Below, piece by piece: positions 46,674 to 55,329 of a stretch of DNA of 64,000 nt. The notes under the pieces are model-generated. The model did no database searches. It was not told the origin of the DNA and saw only the letters and a list, made by a program, of their open reading frames with translations. Numbering within the stretch: position 1 is the stretch's first letter; each line of letters opens with the position of its first letter. Source of the DNA: Candidatus Latescibacterota bacterium (GTDB taxonomy: Bacteria; Latescibacterota; UBA2968); contig OZ244960.1 of NCBI GenBank assembly GCA_965222605.1, forward strand, positions 6,112,001 through 6,176,000, read 5' to 3'. The position numbers and the translations under genes are program-made.

Positions 46674-47744
46674 ATGAACTATATCGGCAGCAAGTATTCT
46701 CTGCTTCATTTTCTCGAAGAGGGTATTTTTAAAAATGTAAATTCGGATTGTAAGGTGTTCTGCGATGTGTTTGCTGGTACTGGTGTTGTAGGAGCGCATT
46801 TTAAGCAGAAGAGTTTTAAGATTATCTCTAATGACATTCAGTACTATGCCTATTGCCTCAATCGCGCACTCGTAGGCATTAATCGCAATCCTTTATTCTC
46901 TGGCGTTCTGGATGATTTGAAATTAGTGCCGACAACACTACTTTGCGATGCAATCGATGTTGTATTGGAATATCTCAATACTCTGAATGGAAAACCCGGA
47001 TTTATCTATTGCAATTATTGTCCGGGTGGGACAGATGAGACAGAGTTCAAAAGACAGTATTTCTCCGATGAGAATGGCATGAGGTGTGATGCGATCCGGA
47101 TGCAGATTGAGGAGTGGTGGCAAGCGAGCAAACTGACTGAGGATGAGTACTTTTACCTTCTGGCGAGTTTGATCGATGCGGCAGATCGGGTTGCAAATAC
47201 AGCGTCAGTCTATGGTGCATTTTTGAAGCATATCAAGAAGAGTGCGATGAAGCCTCTGCAATTGAAGCGGCTTGCAATTGTCGAGAGCGATGAGGAGCAC
47301 GAAGTACACAATGTGAATGGGCAGGAGTTGATCGAGCGTCTGTCTTGCGATATGCTCTATATGGACCCGCCCTATAATCATCGCCAGTACTGTGCGAATT
47401 ACCATGTGCTGGAGACACTGGCGCGGTACGATGATCCGCACTTGAAAGGCGTGACAGGGCTGCGTCTGTATGACGATCAAAAGTCGGATTTCTGTATGAA
47501 GAGACGGGCGTTACCCGCATTTGAGAATATGGTTCAAAAGACTTCAGCGCGGTATGTGTTCCTCAGCTATAATAGCGAGGGAATTATGAGCAAAGATGAG
47601 ATTTTTCAGACAATGGAGCAATGCGGGAAGGTGGATCTGATGACGCGAGATTATCAGCGTTTTCGGGCGGATGTAGATCGGGAGAACCGGGTTTATAAAG
47701 CAGATCATGTGGAGGAGTATCTGTTCTGTTTGAAAAAGCAGTGA
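46674..47744 (+). CDS. D12-class N6-adenine DNA methyltransferase (orphan)
   Basis: MNYIGSK, DVFAGTGVV, YGAFLK, LYMDPPYN and LSYNSEG. Confidence 0.9.
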   Translation: MNYIGSKYSLLHFLEEGIFKNVNSDCKVFCDVFAGTGVVGAHFKQKSFKIISNDIQYYAYCLNRALVGINRNPLFSGVLDDLKLVPTTLLCDAIDVVLEYLNTLNGKPGFIYCNYCPGGTDETEFKRQYFSDENGMRCDAIRMQIEEWWQASKLTEDEYFYLLASLIDAADRVANTASVYGAFLKHIKKSAMKPLQLKRLAIVESDEEHEVHNVNGQELIERLSCDMLYMDPPYNHRQYCANYHVLETLARYDDPHLKGVTGLRLYDDQKSDFCMKRRALPAFENMVQKTSARYVFLSYNSEGIMSKDEIFQTMEQCGKVDLMTRDYQRFRADVDRENRVYKADHVEEYLFCLKKQ

Positions 47745-47759
47745 GGCGCGGGACTTTTT

Positions 47760-48893
47760 ATGGAGCGGTTTACATATATAGCGTTGTTTTTGATGCTGGT
47801 TTTTGTAGTTCATCAACCATCTCAAATACAGGGTAAAACGATGATTGTTGCAACGCAGAGTTCTTCGGAAAAGTCAAAGGCTGCAGCGGATTTTGTGGGC
47901 GATGGGGTGGGCGATCAGGAGGAGATTTACGCGGCGATTCACGCGCTTCCACCATCTGGCGGGACGGTGACGCTGATGGAGGGTACGTATGATATCCGCA
48001 AGGTGGCGGGTAAGCTCGGTGGATTGATTATTGACCGCAGCAATGTGACACTAACGGGGCAGGGAGCAGCCACGCGATTGATTTTGGCACCGGATCAGAA
48101 TACCAATGTGATCCGCATTATAGGAAATGGTGTGGGAAATATTGTGATTCGGGATCTATGGGTGGATCAGAACCGGGACCAGAATCCTTATAACGGGGCG
48201 GAGTTTGTGAATATTTCGCACGGGCGGTTCGAGTATAATGGCATTAAAGCGTTTTGTGCAGAGCCGGGTGGGTCCTGTCCCGAGCCGACGCACAATATTA
48301 CCATTGAGAATTGTACGGTGCTGAATGTGCAGAGGCTGGGTATTATGCTCGATGGTCCCAATATGCGGGTGGTGAATAACCGCCTGGGCAATGCCCATTC
48401 CGATGCAGTGGAGCTTCTGACGGGTCCGGGTTTTGTGATGGGCAATTATGTGGAGATTGCCGGGCGCACGCATGTTGCGGTGGGTTCTGATCGCGGAAAT
48501 TCGATTATTATGGCGAATAATGTCGTACATGTGCGTGAGGGGGGCGATCTGGATATTGCTTTTCGGTTTTGGACAGATTCAGAGCGGCATGTGATTTCTA
48601 ACAATATTGTTATGGTGGATCAGGGCGGGAAGCTGGGTCTGGCGATGGATGTGCGTGGATTTGATACGTCTATTACGGGAAATGTGATTCGGGGAAGAAG
48701 CGAGGGAGAGCGCTTGCCGCTGTGGCTTACAGGCGCGGGTATGGCGGTTACTGGCAATCATTTTCAGAATGTGGAACTGATTGTGAATGACCAGACCGGT
48801 ACGAATCGCCCGATTCTGATTCAGGGCAATGTGATGGAAAATTCCGGAGTTTCGCATGAGGCGGGGAATCTGATTCGTCCGGAGGGAGATTGA
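47760..48893 (+). CDS. Secreted right-handed beta-helix (pectate-lyase-like) protein
   Basis: Signal peptide; AAIHALPPSGGTVTLMEGTY; repeated IxxN/GN rungs. Confidence 0.8.
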   Translation: MERFTYIALFLMLVFVVHQPSQIQGKTMIVATQSSSEKSKAAADFVGDGVGDQEEIYAAIHALPPSGGTVTLMEGTYDIRKVAGKLGGLIIDRSNVTLTGQGAATRLILAPDQNTNVIRIIGNGVGNIVIRDLWVDQNRDQNPYNGAEFVNISHGRFEYNGIKAFCAEPGGSCPEPTHNITIENCTVLNVQRLGIMLDGPNMRVVNNRLGNAHSDAVELLTGPGFVMGNYVEIAGRTHVAVGSDRGNSIIMANNVVHVREGGDLDIAFRFWTDSERHVISNNIVMVDQGGKLGLAMDVRGFDTSITGNVIRGRSEGERLPLWLTGAGMAVTGNHFQNVELIVNDQTGTNRPILIQGNVMENSGVSHEAGNLIRPEGD

Positions 48894-49075
48894 GTGTGAA
48901 TGCAAGGTTGTGAAGGAGAGAGTTAATAGTTGATAGGAGATTGCTATTGATGAATGGCCTTGTTTAAAGACAATTTAAAATAGGCCAAGAGTCTCCTTCT
49001 ATCTATATTTTCTATATTTGAAGTCACACACACATAGCAATTGAGGGACTTTTCGTTTTAAACAAGAGGCATAAT

Positions 49076-50491
49076 ATGAAGATCGGAAAAATGGTGGAAA
49101 AATATATACCTAAAATTTTTGCCTATTGCGAAAAAAATCCCAATGAACTAAATAACTTGTTGAACAAGGAATACTCCAAGCAAAACTTTGGGATTAATTT
49201 TCCATTCTGCATGGAAGCTGAGCTTATCACACCGGAGCAGTCAAGAAGATACTGGACAACCTTTTATCAGGTGTGTAGAAAGACTATCAGGGTAACAAGC
49301 CAATGGTGGGACGACAGCCGATACCACTTTGCGAGATACCTTCTTGAAAAGGGCCTTGTAAACGAGGAAGAGTTTGAAAAAAATACGAGTAATGATGAAG
49401 ATGAAAGCGGTCTCGAAATAGAGCAGGAGGACCCGCAGGAAAAGATTACAGAACCGTTCGACCCCGAGCAAATAAAAATCCGGACTAGTCCTCTCCTCGT
49501 CGAACAACTCATCTCACGCATCAAGCATAAGGAGATTGATCTTGCTCCCGACTTTCAACGTCAGCGCGGTATTTGGAACGATGAGCGCAGAAGTCGCCTT
49601 ATTGAATCGCTTCTACTGCGTATCCCAATACCAGTTTTCTACGTCGCTGCCGATGAGGCTGATACCTGGTCCGTTGTTGATGGCGTTCAGCGTATGTCAA
49701 CTATCTATGACTTTGTGACTGGTAAGTTTCCTCTGAAGCGACTCGAATATTTGACCTGGTTAGATGGACAGCAGCACGATGAACTTCCACGGCCAATGCA
49801 GAGGCGCATTAGTGAGACCTCACTCATCGTCAACGTCATTGAACCGGGGACACCACCGGAAGTGATGTTCAACGTTTTCCTTCGCATCAACACCGGAGGC
49901 ATGACGTTGAATGGACAAGAGATTCGCCATGCACTTCACCCAGGTCCCATCCGAAAATATTTGAAAGAACTTGCTCAATCCTCTGAGTTTAAAAAAGCTA
50001 CACGCTACTCAATCAAGGAAAGCCGAATGGCTGACCGTGAGTGTGTCCTCCGCTTCTTGGCCTTTCATATCGCCCCCCCCGAGCAATATACTACCAGCGA
50101 TCTTGATGGCTATCTCGGAAAGGTCATGGAGAAAATCAATAGGATGAGTTCGAAAGAGCGAGATAGTCTAAGCGCGGATTTCAAAAAAGCAATGTGTGCG
50201 GCGTCAGACATCTTTGGTGAATACGCCTTCCGAAAGCGTACTAATATAGACGACCGGCGACGGCCCGTCAGCAAGGCTTTGTTTGAGTCGTGGAGCGTCC
50301 AATTGGCACATTGTTCACCAGAACAGATTCGCGTCCTTGTCGAAAAGCGCGAGGATGTCCAACGTAGATTCATCCAGTTAATGTCAGTGGACGAAGAATT
50401 TAACAATGCTATCTCTTTTGCGACTGGCACGCCACGGCGCGTGCAGAAACGTTTCCAAGCGATAAAACAACTTGTCGAGGAGTTGCTCTGA
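49076..50491 (+). CDS. DUF262 (ParB-like) protein with extra N-terminal domain; Menshen NsnA-like
   Basis: PDFQR...W...SRLIESLLLRIPIP, VVDGVQR and FLRINTGGMTLNGQEIR. Confidence 0.88.
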   Translation: MKIGKMVEKYIPKIFAYCEKNPNELNNLLNKEYSKQNFGINFPFCMEAELITPEQSRRYWTTFYQVCRKTIRVTSQWWDDSRYHFARYLLEKGLVNEEEFEKNTSNDEDESGLEIEQEDPQEKITEPFDPEQIKIRTSPLLVEQLISRIKHKEIDLAPDFQRQRGIWNDERRSRLIESLLLRIPIPVFYVAADEADTWSVVDGVQRMSTIYDFVTGKFPLKRLEYLTWLDGQQHDELPRPMQRRISETSLIVNVIEPGTPPEVMFNVFLRINTGGMTLNGQEIRHALHPGPIRKYLKELAQSSEFKKATRYSIKESRMADRECVLRFLAFHIAPPEQYTTSDLDGYLGKVMEKINRMSSKERDSLSADFKKAMCAASDIFGEYAFRKRTNIDDRRRPVSKALFESWSVQLAHCSPEQIRVLVEKREDVQRRFIQLMSVDEEFNNAISFATGTPRRVQKRFQAIKQLVEELL

Positions 50492-51615
50492 TGCTTCGAA
50501 ATATCAATTTGCTGCACTTCAAATGCTTCGAGCACTTGGACCTGGATTGCACGTCTCTCAATCTGCTGTGTGGCTTAAACGGAATGGGTAAAAGTAGCGT
50601 TATCCAGGCATTGCTAGTGCTCCGACAGTCTTTTGAAACCGGAGAATTACTCAATGGCAGACTGGTCCTTGGCGGCGAGCGGATTGACCTCGGCGCGGGG
50701 TCGGATGTACTATTTGAGGGTGCCGAGAGCAATGTAGTGGGCTTTACGCTTAAGGATGACAGAATAGCGGATAGGTGGGGAATAGTCTTCAGCTATTCGC
50801 GGACGGCCGATCAATTGAGTACCCCCAATAGAACTAACGAGAATATTGACTACTTGCCCTTGGAGTGGCAGTGTGTGCCACCGTTTGGAGGACACCTCGT
50901 TTATGTAAATGCGGAACGGGTCGGTCCCCGGAAGTTGTACCAGCTATCCGATGTGATGGCTAGACGCGGTGAATTCGGTGCAAGTGGTGAGTACGCGTGG
51001 AATTACTTGAACCACCATCAGGACGATCTTCTAGGGAAAGACGATCCTCGTTGCGTTGAAGGCGTGAGTCGGCGACTGATCGACACCGTAGATCAGTGGC
51101 TACAAGATGTGTGCCCTGGTGCCCATCTGCGACTTGCGGAGGTGAGGGACGCCGATGCGGTTATTGCAGGGTTTTCGTTCGACCAGCCAGGGGATGTCGC
51201 CACACGCCCGTATCGTGCGACTAACGTCGGATTTGGCCTATCGTACGTGCTGCCGGTTATCCTCGCTCTGTTGTCGCCACCAGGGACGCTTTGCCTGATT
51301 GAGAACCCGGAGGCTCACCTGCATCCCCGCGGACAGACGAAACTGGGAGAATTGTCAGCCCGTGCGGCGAGTATTGGTGTACAGGTGTTCGCCGAGACCC
51401 ATAGTGACCATTTTATTGATGGCGTTCGCATTGCTGTGCGCGATGGACTCATTGCGCCGGAGGATACTGCTTTTCACTATTTTGAGCGTGATGGTAACAA
51501 GACAGTCATATCTTCGCCTCAAGTAGATGCAGACGGGCGGCTGTCGCATTGGCCAGCAGGCTTTTTCGATCAGCACGAAGAAAACCTGGCCAGACTGCTT
51601 GCCCCGAGGGCCTGA
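50491..51615 (+). CDS. AAA/ABC-type ATPase with DUF3696; Menshen NsnB-like
   Basis: FKCF, GLNGMGKSS, NVGFGLSYVLP, IENPEAHLHP, ETHSDH and WPAGFFDQ. Confidence 0.9.
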   Translation: MLRNINLLHFKCFEHLDLDCTSLNLLCGLNGMGKSSVIQALLVLRQSFETGELLNGRLVLGGERIDLGAGSDVLFEGAESNVVGFTLKDDRIADRWGIVFSYSRTADQLSTPNRTNENIDYLPLEWQCVPPFGGHLVYVNAERVGPRKLYQLSDVMARRGEFGASGEYAWNYLNHHQDDLLGKDDPRCVEGVSRRLIDTVDQWLQDVCPGAHLRLAEVRDADAVIAGFSFDQPGDVATRPYRATNVGFGLSYVLPVILALLSPPGTLCLIENPEAHLHPRGQTKLGELSARAASIGVQVFAETHSDHFIDGVRIAVRDGLIAPEDTAFHYFERDGNKTVISSPQVDADGRLSHWPAGFFDQHEENLARLLAPRA

Positions 51616-51616
51616 T

Positions 51617-52555
51617 ATGCGCGAGATGGTGCTGAATCACGCAAGCCTTGATTCCCCTGACCAACACACTGTTATAGATTGGTTGGAAGACTTGGCTATC
51701 GGTATGGCTCAGTTGGTTAGTGAAAATATTTCGGAACGTTCTCTGCGAAGTAGTCAATCTTTGTACGAGACTTTTTGTTTCTCTGATTGGTCGCTGTGGG
51801 ATGCTATTCAGGAACTGCGGGCAGGAGGCGCACGCGACGAGCATCTATTCCTCGTTCGTTTGAGCACGAAAGTCCCGCTATTGAGCGACGTTGGGCAGGA
51901 TGTAGCAGATCGATTTCGCGCATGCGAGGCGAAGACATTGCCACCGAAAGACGGAGAGCCTCTCGTCTTATGCGCTATCACCGATGGAATTGCGGTTGGA
52001 TTTCCATCGGATCCAATCTGGGACCGCGACAATGTCACGGTAAGCTTCAATGAGCTATTACCCGATGAAAATATAGGGGAAGCATCTGAAACGATTGACA
52101 ATCTCACGCGGTCTGTTCATGCTCTGCCAATTTGTGAACGGCATCGTGCTGATCTTCGCCAATTCGCAAACTCCGCGGCGTTGTGGGCGGGTAGAGAAGA
52201 AGCATTTCCGAACCTCGTGTTTGGGCCAGATGTGGAACACAACCTAACGACATTAAATAGTAGCGCATTGCAGATTGTCATCAAGCGATTAGCAAGCCTC
52301 AATGAATCTGCTAGCGAATGGCCTAATAAAGGCGACGCAATGCCCTCCTGGAAGTGCCGAGTGACTCCCGAAAGCCAGCGAGTAAAGAATAACCCGAATT
52401 TACTCAATGCTCGGCGATTCAAGTCTCATCTGGGTACGCAGGAATTGTTTGAGTGGCATGCCCGTTTTGGGAGCAGTGGGCGTATTCATCTTCGGTTTGA
52501 TCCAGGTTCTTATAAAGTCGAAATCGGCTATATTGGACCACATTTGCCTCTTTGA
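51617..52555 (+). CDS. Putative effector with C-terminal RelE-like domain; Menshen NsnC-like
   Basis: Starts 1 bp after the ATPase stop; C-terminal TPES...R.F...FEWHARFG...RIHL...VEIGYIGPHL. Confidence 0.65.
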   Translation: MREMVLNHASLDSPDQHTVIDWLEDLAIGMAQLVSENISERSLRSSQSLYETFCFSDWSLWDAIQELRAGGARDEHLFLVRLSTKVPLLSDVGQDVADRFRACEAKTLPPKDGEPLVLCAITDGIAVGFPSDPIWDRDNVTVSFNELLPDENIGEASETIDNLTRSVHALPICERHRADLRQFANSAALWAGREEAFPNLVFGPDVEHNLTTLNSSALQIVIKRLASLNESASEWPNKGDAMPSWKCRVTPESQRVKNNPNLLNARRFKSHLGTQELFEWHARFGSSGRIHLRFDPGSYKVEIGYIGPHLPL

Positions 52556-52577
52556 GGCCTGCAAAGGATATTGGTCC

Positions 52578-53012
52578 ATGAGCGAGAACAAGCTGTCTTT
52601 TGATCATATCCATATCATCAGCGAGGACCCGCGAACTGCGGCAGCGTGGTACGTCGATAAACTGGATGCGACGATCAATGGCGAGTACGAGCTTCGTGGC
52701 GCGCCGCAGATCAACGTGAGTCTGGGAGGGGCGACGCTTCTGATCCGAGGAAGACGACCTGGTGAAGATCCGTCTATGCCCGCGCCGATGCGCGATTTCG
52801 AGGATTATTCGAGCCATAATGAATACGGCACAGATCACTTTGGTTTTACATATCGTGGTGATTTGCGGGCGTATTGCGAGGTATTGCGTGCTAAAGGGGT
52901 AAAGTTTGTGGTTGAGCCGTGGGAATTTATACCCGGTAGCGGTGGTGTGATATGCTATATTGCCGCACCCGATGGGGTCAGTATCGAGCTTGTTCAGGCG
53001 AGGCCGCGTTGA
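52578..53012 (+). CDS. VOC/glyoxalase family protein
   Basis: FDHIHI, DHFGF and APDGVSIELVQ. Confidence 0.88.
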   Translation: MSENKLSFDHIHIISEDPRTAAAWYVDKLDATINGEYELRGAPQINVSLGGATLLIRGRRPGEDPSMPAPMRDFEDYSSHNEYGTDHFGFTYRGDLRAYCEVLRAKGVKFVVEPWEFIPGSGGVICYIAAPDGVSIELVQARPR

Positions 53013-53138
53013 CTGGTGGCGTGAGATCACCGTAGATAAGAATAGCATCTTGTCTCATGAAGCTATCTGCATTATGTTTAAGATAGGTTTGAAAACTCAA
53101 TATTAATTATCTGTGTCAAATAAAAAAGGAGATTTGGC

Positions 53139-54035
53139 ATGTCAGAACAGAATTATCGCGTTGCGCCGCCGGGGTTTACGCGCGATCAGTGGGAAGAATT
53201 TCAAGAGAATGGTATGCTCGTTGTAGAAGATGCGTTGACAGACGAGGAATGCGATCGCTATATAGAGATGATCGATGCTGCGGCTGCTCGCAGTGAAAAA
53301 TACGATCCTGCGAAGTTTTTTGGTCCAAACAATATTGTGGAGCGGTATCCGGAATTTGCCGAGTTGATCGATCACCCCCGACATATCGGCTTTATGCACG
53401 ATGTGTATAGCGAATTGTTAAAGCTCCATATTTCCCAATTTTTCTTGCGTCCTCGTGATACGAGCCGCAACAAGTGGCATCCCGATGGTGCGCGCGCTTT
53501 GCCCTATAGCGTTTTTTCACCTGTTTTGCCCATGCATATCAAAGTGGCGTATTGGTTAACCGATCTACCCGAGCCCGATATGGGAAATTTTGTCTATATG
53601 CCCGGTAGCCACAAGGGACAGTATTTTGATTTTTACGATACCCATGAAGAAGTCCCCGGCGAAAAGGTAATTTGCCCGAAGCGCGGTACTATGACATTGA
53701 TGCATTGCAGCACCTGGCATCGCGTAGCGCCCAATAATACGGATGCTGTGAGAAAGAATATCTTTTTGGCCTATTGCCCATCGTGGGTTTGCGAAGCAGA
53801 TCGGCACCAATGCGATCCCGATTGGCTCGCCACGCTCAACCGCGAACAGCGCATTATTATGCGAAGTTACAATGGCGGATATGCGAGGACCAAGCCCGCA
53901 GCGAGTGAATTTCCACTTTTTTTGGATAGGGAAACGGGTTCTGATCGAGACTATGGCGTTTGGCCCGAACACGTTGAGTTGCATCGGCGCAAACGCACGA
54001 CCACGGTTGAAAAATTTGAGTTGGCATCCCTTTAA
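53139..54035 (+). CDS. Phytanoyl-CoA dioxygenase (PhyH) family protein
   Basis: FQENGMLVVEDALT, WHPD, YMPGSH and WHRVAPN...R. Confidence 0.88.
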   Translation: MSEQNYRVAPPGFTRDQWEEFQENGMLVVEDALTDEECDRYIEMIDAAAARSEKYDPAKFFGPNNIVERYPEFAELIDHPRHIGFMHDVYSELLKLHISQFFLRPRDTSRNKWHPDGARALPYSVFSPVLPMHIKVAYWLTDLPEPDMGNFVYMPGSHKGQYFDFYDTHEEVPGEKVICPKRGTMTLMHCSTWHRVAPNNTDAVRKNIFLAYCPSWVCEADRHQCDPDWLATLNREQRIIMRSYNGGYARTKPAASEFPLFLDRETGSDRDYGVWPEHVELHRRKRTTTVEKFELASL

Positions 54036-54049
54036 TGCAGGAGGCTGCT

Positions 54050-54994
54050 GTGAAGGTATTGATTAACGATCATTTAGATGATCATCACCTGACGCAGATT
54101 CAATCGACCTCTGAAGATGTCGATCTGGTCATCCCCGATTCAAGTGGCGATGCGCTGGATGTTATGCCCGAAATCGATATCATTTTTGGGGGTATGAGCC
54201 GCGATATGTTCAAACGCGCCGAAAGCCTGAAATGGGTGCAGACCTGGGGCGCGGGCGTCGATGGGATGATGTATGCCGAGTTTGTCCATAGCGAGGTAAT
54301 TCTGACGAGTGCGAAGGGTACTGTGGGTGTTCACCTGTCAGAACATGCGATGGCTCTTTTGCTCGGGTTGACCCGGGGGATTGCGCGCGCGATCAGAACG
54401 ACTGATTGGAATGAGCGCATGCCCATCCGCCACGCATCGTGGGAATTGATCGATAAAACAATGGGTATTGTGGGATTGGGCGGCACGGGATGCGATGTGG
54501 CTATTCGGGCGCATGCGTTTGGCATGAAAATTATAGCTGTTGATCCAGAGGATGTCGATGTGCCAGACTGTGTAGAGACGTGTTGGAAGATGGATCGTTT
54601 TTACGATCTTTTATCCGCGTCTGATATTGTGGTGGTCTGCTGCCCTTTGACAGAGGAAACGCGCGGGCTTTTCGACCGCATGGCATTTGAGAAGATGCAG
54701 AATCACGCGCTTTTGATCAATGTCACGCGGGGTAAAATTATGGATGACGCATCTTTGGTCGAGGCATTGAAAACCGGGCAGATTGCTGGGGCGGGGTTGG
54801 ATGTGACGCCGCAAGAGCCATTGCCAGGCGATCATCCGCTGTGGAATATGCCCAATGTCATTATCACACCGCATACCGCGGGAGGGTCTCCCAATAGGCA
54901 GGACCGCATTGTGAATTTGTTTTGTGAAAACTTGCGGCGTTTTCTGAAGGGAGAAGATATGCTGAGTGTAATCGAGAAAAAGAAGGGGTATTAA
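54050..54994 (+). CDS. D-2-hydroxyacid dehydrogenase
   Basis: GIVGLGGTG, INVTRG, AGLDVTPQEPLP and ITPHTAG; RBS AGGAGG before GTG. Confidence 0.9.
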   Translation: MKVLINDHLDDHHLTQIQSTSEDVDLVIPDSSGDALDVMPEIDIIFGGMSRDMFKRAESLKWVQTWGAGVDGMMYAEFVHSEVILTSAKGTVGVHLSEHAMALLLGLTRGIARAIRTTDWNERMPIRHASWELIDKTMGIVGLGGTGCDVAIRAHAFGMKIIAVDPEDVDVPDCVETCWKMDRFYDLLSASDIVVVCCPLTEETRGLFDRMAFEKMQNHALLINVTRGKIMDDASLVEALKTGQIAGAGLDVTPQEPLPGDHPLWNMPNVIITPHTAGGSPNRQDRIVNLFCENLRRFLKGEDMLSVIEKKKGY

Positions 54995-55090
54995 ATACGT
55001 TTTCTCTTGACACAATGTTACAAATATATTGATATTTGCAATGAAGCATGTACTGAGGTGTATTACTCAGTATAATTCTAAACATTATTT

Positions 55091-55188
55091 ATATGGTCTC
55101 GGGCAAGGGTGACCCGAGGTCATGTGCCCTTCTCCTAAGTAGGAATCCCTGTGTTGGGGTCACCGAATCGGGGGAAGGGCGTTTTTTT
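55091..55188 (+). ncRNA. Candidate riboswitch/attenuator, family unassigned
   Basis: 13-bp hairpin 55091-55125 with 3 G-U pairs, then a terminator-like stem 55126-55136/55170-55180 plus U7; alternative pairings link the two. Confidence 0.5.
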
Positions 55189-55233
55189 GTGTGGCAGTGC
55201 CCTTGTCAGGCGTTTATATTAGGCGGTAAAAAG

Positions 55234-55317
55234 CAGGTAAGAGGTAAGACGTAAGACGTAAAAGGTGAGAGGGGGTTGCCTTTAACGTCTCACGTTTTTC
55301 GTCTCACGTTTCACGTA
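55234..55317. repeat. Inverted arrays of degenerate heptamer repeats (GACGTRA / TCACGTY)
   Basis: CAGGTAA GAGGTAA GACGTAA GACGTAA AAGGTGA ... TAACGTC TCACGTT TTTCGTC TCACGTT TCACGTA. Confidence 0.75.
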
Positions 55318-55329
55318 TAGAGGTTTTTA

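Noticed and set aside
48894-49075. Nested short inverted repeats (GAAGGAGA/TCTCCTTC, TGGCCT/AGGCCA) as IS ends or att sites of the defence cassette
   Set aside because: Too short, no matching copy seen at the other end of the cassette, and no recombinase gene.
50491-52555. PARIS, Septu or Gabija assignment
   Set aside because: No TOPRIM, HNH or UvrD partner; the DUF262 + DUF3696 layout fits Menshen better.
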